NCBI GenBank assembly: GCA_965218435.1
Contig: CBDCKW010000009.1
Location: 2,912,001-2,976,000, forward strand
Direction of reading: 5' to 3'
DNA: 64,000 bases
Source: Truepera sp.
GTDB taxonomy: Bacteria; Deinococcota; Deinococci; Deinococcales; Trueperaceae
The notes beneath the pieces were generated by a model that was given only the letters and a program-made list of their open reading frames with translations, made no database searches and was not told where the DNA came from. Positions 1-10,145 of this stretch are shown one piece after another. Position numbers and translations under genes: made by a program. Each line of letters opens with the position of its first letter. The stretch's first letter is position 1.

Positions 1-1381
1 CCCGCGCCGGATTCGCCTTGCCCCCACTCGCCTTCATCACCCGGCCCAACAGCGCATTGATAGCTTTGGGATTTGCCTTAGCTTCGTCTACCATGTTGGG
101 ATTTTCACCTAAAACTTGCTCGACGACGCCCGCTAGGGCTGCGGTATCGGTAACCTGCTCGAGCCCCCTTTCTCTTACTAACGCCGCCGGGTCTGCCCCA
201 CCGATAACTTCCGGCAAGAGGTCTTTGGCAATTTTGCCCGAAATCGTGCCCGCTTCGACCAAACCGACAAGACGAGCAAGATGTTCCGGTGTCAGCTGCG
301 AGGTATCGAGGGTCAGATTATGTGTGTTGAGGTAGCCGGTGACGTCACCGCTCAGCCAGTTCGCCAGGACTTGCGCGTTTTTCTGGAACTCGAGAGCTTT
401 ATCAAAGAACCGAGAGAAGTCCACGTCGTAAGCGAGCAGCGCGGCACTTTCAGGCCGCACGCCGAGCGCAGCGTAACGCGCGGCTTTAGCGTCCGGCAGT
501 TCCGGCATGTTGGCTTTGAGGCGCGTAAGCCAGTCTTCACCGATATAAAAAGGCGGCAGGTCAGGGTCGGAAAAGTAGCGGTAGTCGGCCTCACCCTCTT
601 TGGTCCGCATCAGATACGTTTTCTGCCCACCTTCGTCCCAGCCGAGCGTATCTTGCCGGACGCTGCCGCCGTCTTCTAAAATCCGGCTCTGACGCTTAAT
701 CTCAAACTCCAAGGCCCGCTGCACACTTCTGAATGAATTGAGGTTTTTGACCTCGACTTTAGTCCCGAACGGCCCTCCCGGACGCCGCACCGAGACGTTC
801 ACGTCGGCGCGCATCTTGCCTGCTTCGGGGTTCGCGTCCGAGACGCCAAGGGCGCGGGCGACGGCGCGAACGGTATTGAGAAACTCCCGCGCCTCTTCCG
901 GCGTGCGGAGGTCGGGTTCGGTGACCATCTCGACCAAAGGTGCCCCGGCCCGGTTGAGGTCAACGAGACTGTAGTCCGCATAAGTCGGGTGCTGTGAGCG
1001 TCCGGCGTCCTCTTCTAAGTGGCAGCGGGTGATGCCGATACGCCGCCCGTCAGAAAGCGTCAGTGTGCCGCCCTCCCCGACCGGATGGTCGTACTGGCTG
1101 ATCTGATAGTTTTTCGGCGCGTCGGGGTAAAAGTAATTTTTACGGTGAAACTGGGTGCGTGTTGGGACGCTGCAACCAAGTGCTAGAGAGAGCGTCAAGG
1201 CTTTTTCAAACGCTTCGAGGTTCGGCGTCGGCAGGCTGCCAGGGAGACCCAGGCAGACCGGGCAGGTGTGCGTGTTGGGGGCGTCGCCGAAGGTTTCAGC
1301 GGAGCATGAGCAAAACATCTTGCTCTTGGTACTTAAGGCTAAATGGACTTCCAGGCCGATAACGGGCTCAAAATCGGGCAT
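1..1381 (-). CDS. gatB: Asp-tRNA(Asn)/Glu-tRNA(Gln) amidotransferase subunit B (3' end runs off window)
   Basis: Not in the ORF track. Manual translation from ATG at 1381 gives [26 protein letters not shown]...[12 protein letters not shown]...[19 protein letters not shown], the GatB signature. Confidence 0.97.
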   Translation of the reverse strand, partial: MPDFEPVIGLEVHLALSTKSKMFCSCSAETFGDAPNTHTCPVCLGLPGSLPTPNLEAFEKALTLSLALGCSVPTRTQFHRKNYFYPDAPKNYQISQYDHPVGEGGTLTLSDGRRIGITRCHLEEDAGRSQHPTYADYSLVDLNRAGAPLVEMVTEPDLRTPEEAREFLNTVRAVARALGVSDANPEAGKMRADVNVSVRRPGGPFGTKVEVKNLNSFRSVQRALEFEIKRQSRILEDGGSVRQDTLGWDEGGQKTYLMRTKEGEADYRYFSDPDLPPFYIGEDWLTRLKANMPELPDAKAARYAALGVRPESAALLAYDVDFSRFFDKALEFQKNAQVLANWLSGDVTGYLNTHNLTLDTSQLTPEHLARLVGLVEAGTISGKIAKDLLPEVIGGADPAALVRERGLEQVTDTAALAGVVEQVLGENPNMVDEAKANPKAINALLGRVMKASGGKANPAR

Positions 1382-1450
1382 ATAGGGACAGTCTAGCAAC
1401 TCCTGGCTCGAGGGTTTATACAGCTGAGCAGATGTTAGTGTGAAGATAAC

Positions 1451-2185
1451 GTGCGCTTAGAAGGTTTGGCACAACTTTTTGATACTCCACAAGTTCAAGC
1501 GATTTTGCTCGCTGGAAGTTTCGCTCGAGACGAAGCAGGCCCGTACAGCGACATTGATATTTTGCGCCTTACCAACGCACCCCTAGATTCAAGTAGTCAT
1601 CTCTGGCAAGACCGACTTGTCAACGTCAATGACGCAAATGTAGAAGCTACCGAAATCTGGCTTAGCGACCCTGAGAGAGCCGTTGACGTTATCGTCGGAT
1701 TGCGAAACGCCCGTGTTTTGCTCGACAAAGACGGGGCAGCCGAGAAAGTTTTGGGGCGGGCTCGAGCCTTCGTTTGGACAACTGAACTACAACAGAAAGC
1801 TGACGTTTGGGCGAGCGCACACCTTGCTGGGTGGGCCGAAGAAGCGCATAAAGGCTTAGCTGGCCTAAACTCGGGCAACCCTAGTCAACTCCTCCACGCA
1901 CAATTTGGGCTCTCATGGGGATTAGCAAAAGTCATGCGGGTACAGCGCGGCCTTTTCTCAAGTAGCGACAATACGTTTCTTTCCGAATTGCAAAAAGCGT
2001 TTGTTGGAACACGCTGGCTCGAGCTTTTGGAAGATACCTACGGTTTAACCGGGCTACCGCTAGTTGACCAAGTAAGGTCTGGGCTCAAGCTCTACTGCCT
2101 TACTGCTCACTTACTAAGCGGCGTATTACAACCTGACGACCGGCCTATCGTCGAACATACTGTTTCGCTTATCCAAGACGAGTAA
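1451..2185 (+). CDS. Nucleotidyltransferase domain protein (pol-beta fold, KNTase-like)
   Basis: Motif [20 protein letters not shown] (GS...DxD) followed by a helical C-terminal domain. Confidence 0.8.
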   Translation: MRLEGLAQLFDTPQVQAILLAGSFARDEAGPYSDIDILRLTNAPLDSSSHLWQDRLVNVNDANVEATEIWLSDPERAVDVIVGLRNARVLLDKDGAAEKVLGRARAFVWTTELQQKADVWASAHLAGWAEEAHKGLAGLNSGNPSQLLHAQFGLSWGLAKVMRVQRGLFSSSDNTFLSELQKAFVGTRWLELLEDTYGLTGLPLVDQVRSGLKLYCLTAHLLSGVLQPDDRPIVEHTVSLIQDE

Positions 2186-2193
2186 GCTACCTT

Positions 2194-2631
2194 ATGAACG
2201 GGTTAGTCGAAGCGGTCTTGGAAGACGTTGCGGTCGCAGGCAGCGGCGAATTTTTTATCGTGCTCTTAAAAACGCATGAGGGTGACTTCGTGCCAATTAC
2301 GATTGGCCACCTCGAGGCCATGTCTATTCTCGCTGGCAGAAGCAACGAACCTCTCGCACGGCCCCTGTCACACGACCTGATGCTCTCGAGCCTCGAGCTG
2401 CTCAGCACCGCCGTCAAGCGCATCGAAGTCACCGAACTCGTCACGACTTCTGAAGGCGGCACGTTCTACGCGCGGGTGGTGCTTGAAAATCGGGGGGTTG
2501 AACTCGAGTTGGACGCCCGCCCCTCGGACGCGCTTGCTCTGGCAGTGCGAACCGGTGCACCGATCTGGGTGGCGCAAGAAGTCGTGGAACAGGTTGGTCT
2601 GTCGGACTTCGGCGACGCCGCCGAAGCGTAG
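2194..2631 (+). CDS. Bifunctional nuclease family protein (DUF151)
   Basis: Motifs PITIGHLEAMSI, RPLSHDL, TFYARV, DARPSDALALAVR. Confidence 0.93.
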   Translation: MNGLVEAVLEDVAVAGSGEFFIVLLKTHEGDFVPITIGHLEAMSILAGRSNEPLARPLSHDLMLSSLELLSTAVKRIEVTELVTTSEGGTFYARVVLENRGVELELDARPSDALALAVRTGAPIWVAQEVVEQVGLSDFGDAAEA

Positions 2632-2645
2632 GGTTTAGGGAGGTT

Positions 2646-3674
2646 ATGAAGGACACCGTTCAGCGCGAGTCGGCCCGCCTCTATATACACCTCGGCAGAG
2701 TCACGAGCGGCGGTATCATCGAAGGGCTCGAGCCTATCGGCGCGGCGAGCGTACCGGAACTAGCGGCAGCCTCAGCCGCAGACATCGGCCTAGCAGTCTG
2801 GCCCTTTCCCCTTACAAAAGAGCACAAGGACATCGTTGCGTCACTGGGCTACGAGCCGGTTACGGGTTACGAAGAGGCAGACGAACAGCACTTTTTTAAC
2901 GAGACCAAGAACGTCCAACTCTTTTTCGTCATGGCGGGGAGTTCGGCGTGGACGAATTACCTGCTCGTCAGAAATTTTTTGAGGCAGAGCGAAAGGGCGC
3001 GAAAAGCTTTTACCGACTGGAACCGTAAAGGCGTTTCTAAAGCGACCTTTTTCGCTGGCCTCTCAAAAGATGCAGAAACTTGGTGGGCGGCGTTTTACGG
3101 ATTCACGCCGGTTGAACAGGTAGCTTACGAACTCGGCGCGTTCGAGCAGCCCTGGTTGATCAGCAGCGGCTGGGCTCTCGAGCTTTTCATGGGCCGCGTC
3201 ACCCGTGTTCATCACGATGTTGATGTCGTCGTCTCACGCACAGCGGTATCCGACTTGCGACAGTATTTGGCAGCTCGAGACTGGCAGCTCGTTTCACCGT
3301 TAGACGGGAGGCTCGAGCCGTGGCCCTTAGGAAGTCCGAAAGAGCCTCAAATTCAAGTTCACGCGCACCGGAAGGGTATGTTCATCGACTTTCAGCTCAC
3401 CGATATGAACGCGGAGACTTGGACGTACCGCCGCGACCCTCGTATCATCTGCCCTGCTGCAAAAGCTTTTTTGCAGACTCCAACAGGCATTCCATTTCTC
3501 GCGCCCGAACTCGCGCTGCTTTTCAAGAGTAAAAACACCGGCACCGGGGAGCGTGCTCAGGACGAAAGAGATTTCAAGACTGTTTTCTCCTATCTGGATA
3601 TGAGCCGGAGACGCTGGTTGCGTCAGGCGCTCACCCTAACCGACCCGGAGCACAGGTGGCTCGCGCGGCTCTAG
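2646..3674 (+). CDS. Fusion of degenerate GrpB/UPF0157 domain and aminoglycoside/lincosamide nucleotidyltransferase-like domain
   Basis: N-half PIGAASVPELAA..ADI..LGY..W.NYLLVRNFLR resembles GrpB. C-half PWLISSGWALELFMGRVTRVHHDVDV...GIPFLAPELALLFK...DERDF resembles ANT(2'')/LnuA-like enzymes. Confidence 0.72.
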   Translation: MKDTVQRESARLYIHLGRVTSGGIIEGLEPIGAASVPELAAASAADIGLAVWPFPLTKEHKDIVASLGYEPVTGYEEADEQHFFNETKNVQLFFVMAGSSAWTNYLLVRNFLRQSERARKAFTDWNRKGVSKATFFAGLSKDAETWWAAFYGFTPVEQVAYELGAFEQPWLISSGWALELFMGRVTRVHHDVDVVVSRTAVSDLRQYLAARDWQLVSPLDGRLEPWPLGSPKEPQIQVHAHRKGMFIDFQLTDMNAETWTYRRDPRIICPAAKAFLQTPTGIPFLAPELALLFKSKNTGTGERAQDERDFKTVFSYLDMSRRRWLRQALTLTDPEHRWLARL

Positions 3675-4570
3675 TTAGGTCGGTACAAGCTACGCGCGGC
3701 CCGCTGGTCGCGCTGTTTGGCGTAAGTGACAAGACCGATACCCGAAAGCGCCACGACGCCCCCCAAAATCGTCATGGGTGACGGCACTTCACCTAAGAGC
3801 AGCCACGCGAAGCCCAGGCTAAAAACCGGTACCGCGTACAGAAACGTCGTTGCCAGGCTGACCGGCAGTTTTGAAATCGCATAAGAAAATTGCGCGTAGG
3901 CGATCGCCGCCGGAAACACGCCGATATAAACTGTGGCTGCTAGCGGCACAGCACCTGCGCCTGCTACATCTGCAAAAAACCCTGGTAAAAAGACGAGGAG
4001 CGGCAGCGTTCCGGCCCAGGCACAAAACGCGGTCACTTCAACGGCGCGGTAGCGGGCGAACAGGGGTTTTTGCAACACTGCGAAAAACGCCGTGGCAAGG
4101 GCCGAGACGAGGATCAACAGCGCAAACGGGTTTAAGCCGAGCCCGGCGCTGTCACCTGAAACAATCAAGATGACCCCGGCAAACGAAACCCCGATACCCG
4201 CCCAACCCAAAAGGGGCAGACGGTCACCCAGCGTAAAAAACGCGACAATCGCTGTGAGCGCCGGAGCCGTGGCGATAATTAAGCTCGCCGCGCCCGCCGA
4301 CACATGGACTTCGCCGTAGTTAAGCGCGAGGTGATAGATGGTGATGCCTAACACGCCGGCGAGCAAAAATGTCGGCAAGTCGCGCCGTTCAGGGGATAGC
4401 CGCTTTTTCGTTATTGCTAGATAAACCACAAAGCAGAGCGACGCGACGAGAAAGCGTAGCAACGTCAGGTGAGGAGCCGAAAGTCCGCTCAGGCCGAGCT
4501 TGATTCCCGGAAACGCCGAACCCCACAAGAGTGCGAGGACGAAAAGATTCAAAAACATACCCCAGGTCAT
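3671..4570 (-). CDS. DMT/EamA family transporter
   Basis: About 10 TM segments; LLWGSAF, LLRFLVA, WLLLGE motifs. Confidence 0.92.
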   Translation of the reverse strand: MTWGMFLNLFVLALLWGSAFPGIKLGLSGLSAPHLTLLRFLVASLCFVVYLAITKKRLSPERRDLPTFLLAGVLGITIYHLALNYGEVHVSAGAASLIIATAPALTAIVAFFTLGDRLPLLGWAGIGVSFAGVILIVSGDSAGLGLNPFALLILVSALATAFFAVLQKPLFARYRAVEVTAFCAWAGTLPLLVFLPGFFADVAGAGAVPLAATVYIGVFPAAIAYAQFSYAISKLPVSLATTFLYAVPVFSLGFAWLLLGEVPSPMTILGGVVALSGIGLVTYAKQRDQRAARSLYRPN

Positions 4571-4679
4571 AGCGGTAGGCTACCCTGTATTGCCGGACGA
4601 TGCTATCCGATTTGGTAGCCATTTTGCCAGCAAAAAGGCTCGAGACCACCCTAGCTTCGAGCCTCCTCTTTGAGAATAT

Positions 4680-5663
4680 TTATGAAGGCAGCGTCACCGG
4701 GCGGCCACACGCACAACTTTCCGACTCGCGGACCATCTTCGCCTGACCTTCGCGGTACCAGAGCGTATCGCAGTAGGGGCAGCGAATTTCGTTTTGTGAA
4801 ATGCTGTGAAGCGCCTCCGGCCCGACCCAGCGGGCTTCACCACACCAGTGACACACGACCTCTGCGCCGCCGTCTTCTTGGATCATCCGCTCGCGTTCTT
4901 CGGGCGAAAAGTAGGCGAGGGCGTCCAGAGCTTTGTCGTCACTACAGCGGCACTCGAAACGGAGGGGCAACGCGTCGGGCGTGAGCAGTTCAAACTCGAG
5001 CCCCCAACACAGCTCTTCAATGATTTCAAGGAGTGAAGCGCGGCGCATGGCGTCGGTGAGTTGGCCCAAAGCGCGGACGTTGGCCTCGAGTAAATCCAGA
5101 GCGGCGTCGTCGGCGTCCGGCATCGCTTGCAAAATCACCCCGCCGGATTTGACCACACCGGAGGGCTCTATATACACGCCCAAAAGCACCGCTGAACGAA
5201 TCTGTTCGGACTGTGCCAAAAACACCGTAATGTCTTCGGCGATTTCGCCGGTTACCAAATCCACCGAACTGCTGTACGGGTCGCCGTAAGGCGCGTGGGC
5301 GCGGATGACCTGCAAGTCACCTTTACCGAGCGCCCCGCCGACGTTGAGTTTGCCGTCCGGACGCGGCGGCAGCGTGGCGTTCGGGTGGTTCACATAGCCG
5401 CGCACTGCGCCGTCTAAACCGGCGTCGGCGATGACACCGCCGAGCGGCCCGTCTCCGCGCAGGCGGAGCGTTACGCGGTCTTGTGGATTTTTTAAGAGCA
5501 CATGCGACAAGAGCAGCGCCCCGGTCAGGGTGCGGCCCAAAGCGGCGGTTGCCGTCGGGGAGGTGTCGTGACGAGCACGCGCGAGTTCAACAAGTTGGGT
5601 CGTATCGGCAGCGACCACGCGAATGCCGCCAGCGGCTGCAACGCCGCGAAGAAGGTAAGACAT
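4680..5663 (-). CDS. hslO: Hsp33 redox chaperone with C-terminal Cys-rich extension
   Basis: HDTSPTATAALGR, GEIAEDIT..SEQI, and Zn centre CRCS...CHWC. Confidence 0.95.
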   Translation of the reverse strand: MSYLLRGVAAAGGIRVVAADTTQLVELARARHDTSPTATAALGRTLTGALLLSHVLLKNPQDRVTLRLRGDGPLGGVIADAGLDGAVRGYVNHPNATLPPRPDGKLNVGGALGKGDLQVIRAHAPYGDPYSSSVDLVTGEIAEDITVFLAQSEQIRSAVLLGVYIEPSGVVKSGGVILQAMPDADDAALDLLEANVRALGQLTDAMRRASLLEIIEELCWGLEFELLTPDALPLRFECRCSDDKALDALAYFSPEERERMIQEDGGAEVVCHWCGEARWVGPEALHSISQNEIRCPYCDTLWYREGQAKMVRESESCACGRPVTLPS

Positions 5664-5786
5664 CGTTTGTCCTTTCGGAAGGTGTTTCAGGTGCCGCTTT
5701 AATGCGGCGCAACTCCAAAAGTATACGTCTTAGGGAGAAAACCGAGAGTAAGGCTCGAGACGCCTGAGGCTCATTTCACAACAGTT

Positions 5787-6344
5787 ATGCTGAATTTTGT
5801 GAGCAGTTCGGATATAAATATCTCGATGGTTCGTCCGCACCTCCGCGAGGTGCCGCGCCGCCCCCTACCTGAGGGGTACGTTTTGCGCACTTTAGGGCAC
5901 GATGATGAACTGCAGCTTGCAGAGCTTCTTAGCGCAGCTTTCGAAGAGGCGTGGGAAGTCGCGCGAGTTTCAGCTGCGCTCACGCAAGCACCCGAGGTCA
6001 AGGCTGTCTACGGCGTGTTTCGGCGTCACCAGGTTCAGGGTCGGCAACTTGTCGGAACGGCCTCGAGCCAACACCTTCCGGGCCGCGACCCTGAAGCGGG
6101 GTTCGTCCACTGGGTTGCCACCCACCCGGACTACCGCGCCCAGGGGCTCGCTGGCGTGTTACTCGAGCACATCCTGAACGACTTTAGGATGCGAGGGTAC
6201 AGCCGCGCACGGCTCGACACACAACCGGAGCGCCTGCCAGCCATTCGCGCTTACCTAAAGTTCGGCTTTGTCCCTGAATATGGGGGCGCAGGTAACAAAG
6301 AAGTGTGGTCAAGTGTCTTTTCAAAACTGCTGAATGACAAGTAG
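5787..6344 (+). CDS. GNAT family N-acetyltransferase
   Basis: VATHPDYRAQGLA and AIRAYLKFGF motifs; start uncertain. Confidence 0.88.
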   Translation: MLNFVSSSDINISMVRPHLREVPRRPLPEGYVLRTLGHDDELQLAELLSAAFEEAWEVARVSAALTQAPEVKAVYGVFRRHQVQGRQLVGTASSQHLPGRDPEAGFVHWVATHPDYRAQGLAGVLLEHILNDFRMRGYSRARLDTQPERLPAIRAYLKFGFVPEYGGAGNKEVWSSVFSKLLNDK

Positions 6345-6387
6345 AAGTAGCTGTATGAAGTTCGCATTACACGTGACAGCTAGATTG

Positions 6388-7248
6388 TTAGCGCCCCTTT
6401 AGCACCAGCGCAATGCCGCCGAGAATCAGGCCCGACGCGAGCACCAGCCGCAGCGTAAGCGGTTCACCGAGCAGCAAGGCCCCACCGAGCGCCGCAAGTA
6501 CCGGTACGCTCAGCTGCACCGCGCCCGCCGTCGTTGCTCTTAAAGACGGCAGCGCCGCGTACCAGACCAGATACCCAAGACCTGAAGTGACGGCACCTGA
6601 AAGCACTGCGTAAAAGACGCCGAGACCGTCAAAGCGTAAATCGGTAGCGGGTAAAAGTAAGACGAGCAAAACCAGTGCAGCGGCCAGCGGCACCGTCCGT
6701 AAAAAGTTTCCTGCCGAGACTGCTGCGGGATCACCCTGCCCCCGGCCCCGGAGCGAATACACGCCCCACGCAGCCCCGGCCAGCGCCATGAGCGCGGCAG
6801 GGCCGAGGGGCGGCGCGCTCAGTCCTGGTAAGACGAGGTAGACGAGGCCGCCGAGCGCCCCCAGAAGTCCCAAAGTTTGTACGCCGGAAAACCGCTCACC
6901 GCGCCACACCCCGTAACCGATCATCGTCAGCTGCACGACGCCGAAGAGCAGCAGCGCCCCGGTTCCGGCCCGGAGCACCGTATAAGCGAACGAAAAGGCG
7001 GCGGCATAGACGAAGAGCGCCGCGGCTGACGGCCAGCTGCCTGCCGTAAAAATGGGGCGGTGACGCGCCGAGGCGACGAGTCCAAGCATGAGTGCGCCGC
7101 TCACGAGGCGCACCGCCGTAAAGGTCGCGGCGTCTAGGGGGGTCGTTTGCAACGCGAGTCGGTTTAAGACCGAATTGGCTGCAAACGCGACCATCGCCAG
7201 GGCGGTCAGCGCGTAAACCCAGTAGATCGAAGGGAAACGAGGGGTCAC
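6388..7248 (-). CDS. DMT family transporter
   Basis: AFAANSVLNRLAL, VQLSVPVLA, LLGE; multi-TM. Confidence 0.9.
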   Translation of the reverse strand: MTPRFPSIYWVYALTALAMVAFAANSVLNRLALQTTPLDAATFTAVRLVSGALMLGLVASARHRPIFTAGSWPSAAALFVYAAAFSFAYTVLRAGTGALLLFGVVQLTMIGYGVWRGERFSGVQTLGLLGALGGLVYLVLPGLSAPPLGPAALMALAGAAWGVYSLRGRGQGDPAAVSAGNFLRTVPLAAALVLLVLLLPATDLRFDGLGVFYAVLSGAVTSGLGYLVWYAALPSLRATTAGAVQLSVPVLAALGGALLLGEPLTLRLVLASGLILGGIALVLKGR

Positions 7249-7721
7249 TCGAGCTTCGCCAGAGCCTCGAGCGTCGCCGCAGGAACCAGCCCGGAGATGT
7301 CCGCCCCCAAACTGAACAGCTCACGCACCCGCGTTGACGAGACGAACGACCATTCGGGCGAGGCGAGCAAAAAAACCGTCTCAGCGTCCGGGTATAAGAG
7401 CCGGTTAAGTTGCGCCATCTGCGCTTCGTACTCGAGGTCCACTGCCCCACGCAAGCTTTTGACAATGACCTGCGCTTTATTTTCCCGAGCGTAGTCCGTC
7501 AAGAGCCCTGAAAACATCTCAACTTGTACGTTAGCTAGGTCGGCAACTGCGTCACGGATAAGCTGAACGCGCACTTTCGGGCTTAGAAGCTTGCTGCTTT
7601 TAAGCGGATTGCCTAAAACGGCAACGGTCAGCTGGTCGTACAAACGGCAGCTACGCCGGATAATGTCTAAGTGGCCGTTGTGCAGCGGGTCGAACGAGCC
7701 CGGATAAACCGCACGCCTCAC
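7245..7721 (-). CDS. coaD: Pantetheine-phosphate adenylyltransferase
   Basis: AVYPGSFDPLHNGHLDII and FVSSTRVRE motifs. Confidence 0.96.
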   Translation of the reverse strand: MRRAVYPGSFDPLHNGHLDIIRRSCRLYDQLTVAVLGNPLKSSKLLSPKVRVQLIRDAVADLANVQVEMFSGLLTDYARENKAQVIVKSLRGAVDLEYEAQMAQLNRLLYPDAETVFLLASPEWSFVSSTRVRELFSLGADISGLVPAATLEALAKLE

Positions 7722-8665
7722 CCGTGAACACGCCTTTTAGGGTCACCGGGCGCTAAAATCTCGTCGACAACTTTAGCAGCTGAAACTTCTCCCGCTAACA
7801 CGGCTCGGTAGAGGCTGGGCTCGAGCCCTTCGAGCCGCCGCCTGACCTGCTCGGTCAGCAGCGCAGAGACCTCAAACCGGGCTCTTTGTTGACGGAGCCG
7901 CACCAGCTCGCCGGTCTCTGCCAGCTTTTTGTGGTGCGTACTTAGTGTCTCGAGCAGTTCAGGCACGCCCTGCCCGGTTGACGCGACCGTTTCTAAAATC
8001 GGCGGTTGCCACGCGTCAGAACTTGGTGGGGCGAGCTCGAGCGCCGCCTTGACCTCGCGCCGCAAACGCCCGCTCCCCGGTTGATCGGCTTTGTTGATGA
8101 CAAACACGTCGGCGATCTCCATAATGCCCGCCTTAAACGCCTGCACGCCGTCGCCCTGGCCGGGGGTTAAGAGCAGGAGCGTCGTATCGGCGACCCGTAC
8201 GATGTCAATTTCAGACTGTCCGACCCCGACGGTCTCGAGCAAAATCAGGTCGAAGCCGTAGGCGTCTAAGAGCGCGGTCACCTGCAACGTCGTCGCGCTC
8301 AGCCCGCCGAGATGTCCCCGCGTTGCTACCGAACGGATAAAGACCTCGGCGTCCCGGTGGTGACGCATCATCCGCACACGGTCGCCTAAAATCGCGCCGC
8401 CGCTGTACGGGCTCGTCGGGTCAACCGCGAGCACAGCGACCGTTTTTCCTGCCGCCCGCGTCTCGGCAATCAGCGCGTCCGTCAGGGTGCTTTTGCCGCT
8501 GCCGGGGCTGCCCGTTACGCCGACGATGTGCGCCTTACCACCCTTTGCCCGTACCGCCTTGAGAAGCACGCCGCCCGCCTCGTCACCGGCCTCGAGCAAA
8601 CTGATGCCGCGTGCCAACGCACGCTCGTTTCTGGACGTAAAGCGCGCCTCGAGGCTGTCAGTCAT
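7718..8665 (-). CDS. meaB: Methylmalonyl-CoA mutase-associated GTPase MeaB/ArgK
   Basis: GVTGSPGSGKST, AVDPTSPYSGGAILGDRVRM, ETVGVGQSE. Start moved to ATG 8665, which follows a TATGCT -10 box. Confidence 0.93.
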   Translation of the reverse strand: MTDSLEARFTSRNERALARGISLLEAGDEAGGVLLKAVRAKGGKAHIVGVTGSPGSGKSTLTDALIAETRAAGKTVAVLAVDPTSPYSGGAILGDRVRMMRHHRDAEVFIRSVATRGHLGGLSATTLQVTALLDAYGFDLILLETVGVGQSEIDIVRVADTTLLLLTPGQGDGVQAFKAGIMEIADVFVINKADQPGSGRLRREVKAALELAPPSSDAWQPPILETVASTGQGVPELLETLSTHHKKLAETGELVRLRQQRARFEVSALLTEQVRRRLEGLEPSLYRAVLAGEVSAAKVVDEILAPGDPKRRVHG

Positions 8666-8787
8666 AGTTTCAGCATACCTCAAGATGATTTTTCGGTTTC
8701 GTGCGACTTGAGCGGCAACAGCCGAGCATACTCTACTTACAGAACGTTGACTTTGCAAAATAGTCGCCATGACACCGCTCAACACCA

Positions 8788-9726
8788 CTACGGCACCTGT
8801 CGCAAAGCGCCCAGCAGCTTAACGGCGTGCGGCAACAGCGTGACCTCGAGCGCACCGGTCGGCGCGAAAAGGTCGCCGTCGAGGTGCAGCGGTACCGGCT
8901 CCGCCCAGCGCAAGCTGACCTGCGCCGCCTGCGCGTAGGCGACTTTGGGATGACCCAGATGGCGACCCCGTAAAAGCTTGAACATAAGCGGTGTGAGCGC
9001 CGCACGCGACACGCGCCGCCCGACCAACACGTCAGCCAGGGCGTCCGCCGGGTTGCCCAGGGGTGAGATGCGAAAACCGCCGCCGTAACGGGTGCTGTTC
9101 ATGACCGCGCAGAGAAAGCTCTCACCGGCGAAAAAGAACGCGCCGTCCAGCGTGAGCTCGAGAGGATACGCGCGAAAGTCGCGCAGCGCCGAGAGGACGC
9201 CGAGCGCGTAGCCTCCGAACCCACCCAGAACGGCTGGGCTCTGCGCCGCGTGCGCCGTAACTTGCGCGTCGAAGCCCATGCCCAAACCGTTCAAGCAAAA
9301 GTGCTCGGTCCCGGAAAACCGCACATGGAGCACGTCAAGCGGTGCAGCAGGCTGGCTAAGGCGGGTTACAGCGTCCCCCAGCCCCGCCCCCCAACCCAGC
9401 GCCGCCGTCAGGTCGTTGCCCCGGCCCAGCGGCACGACGCCCAGAGGCCGCTCCGTCCCGACGAGCGCAGGCAGCAGGCTGCGGGTCGTCCCGTCACCCC
9501 CGACCGCGACGACCGCGACGTTTTCAGGCAAGGAGCAGATATGCTCTAGCAGCGCGTCCAGGCTGTGCGGCTCTGAGGTGACGACCTCGAACTCTACCTG
9601 GCGAGTTTTAAGCAGCGCCGCGAGTTCGGGCCAGCGGCGAGCAGCCTTGCCCCGTCCGGCTGCGGGGTTGAGGACGAAGAGGTAACGCTCGGGCGAGTAG
9701 TTTTTAGGCAAATAGGTTTCAGGCAC
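8788..9726 (-). CDS. Diacylglycerol/lipid kinase family protein
   Basis: NPAAGRG, GGDGT, PLGRGND, YGGG, LDGD motifs. Confidence 0.93.
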   Translation of the reverse strand: MPETYLPKNYSPERYLFVLNPAAGRGKAARRWPELAALLKTRQVEFEVVTSEPHSLDALLEHICSLPENVAVVAVGGDGTTRSLLPALVGTERPLGVVPLGRGNDLTAALGWGAGLGDAVTRLSQPAAPLDVLHVRFSGTEHFCLNGLGMGFDAQVTAHAAQSPAVLGGFGGYALGVLSALRDFRAYPLELTLDGAFFFAGESFLCAVMNSTRYGGGFRISPLGNPADALADVLVGRRVSRAALTPLMFKLLRGRHLGHPKVAYAQAAQVSLRWAEPVPLHLDGDLFAPTGALEVTLLPHAVKLLGALRQVP

Positions 9727-9819
9727 GACCAGCTGAGCATACGCCGACGGGCTTCAGGCGGGATAGAGAGCAGCTTGGTTAGATACGGTTTGTTACCATG
9801 CTGTATTAGCACCTGTTCG

Positions 9820-9926
9820 GACTCGAGCGCCCCTTGCACGAGCGTTTCAGCCGTGCGCCGTTTGTTGGCGTCGGTCTCATCGAACAAATAGACGAACACA
9901 TTGGAGTCGATGAAGTTACCGCTCAT
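9820..9926 (-). pseudogene. PIN (VapC-like) toxin, 5' fragment only
   Basis: MSGNFIDSNVFVYLFD..KRRTAETLVQGALES is a PIN N-terminus. PIN character is lost after ~36 codons and the frame runs on into the kinase gene. Confidence 0.75.
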
Positions 9927-10140
9927 TCATCTCCTCGCGGGAGAACTTCCGACCACCGCTACGCACTCTGCCGCGCAACTCCTCGCGCACGCTCATGGCT
10001 TCTTGTGCCCTCTCCTTGCGCTGGGTGTACGCCTCGAGCCAGCGGCGAAACTGCTCATTCAAGGTAGTGTTCTCGGTGCGGGCACGTTCACGGGCAGGTT
10101 CGATAAGTTTCTCGTCGGCGCTCAAGGTGATATTTTTCAT
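9916..10140 (-). CDS. Small antitoxin partner of the PIN toxin
   Basis: 74 aa, MKNITLSADEKLIE..ARERAR..TTLNEQFRRWLE...FSREEMNER; overlaps the toxin start. Confidence 0.8.
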   Translation of the reverse strand: MKNITLSADEKLIEPARERARTENTTLNEQFRRWLEAYTQRKERAQEAMSVREELRGRVRSGGRKFSREEMNER

Positions 10141-10145
10141 AACCT

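Noticed and set aside
18..1385. Short ORFs over 1-1385
   Set aside because: Shadows of gatB, which the track missed because it runs off the window.
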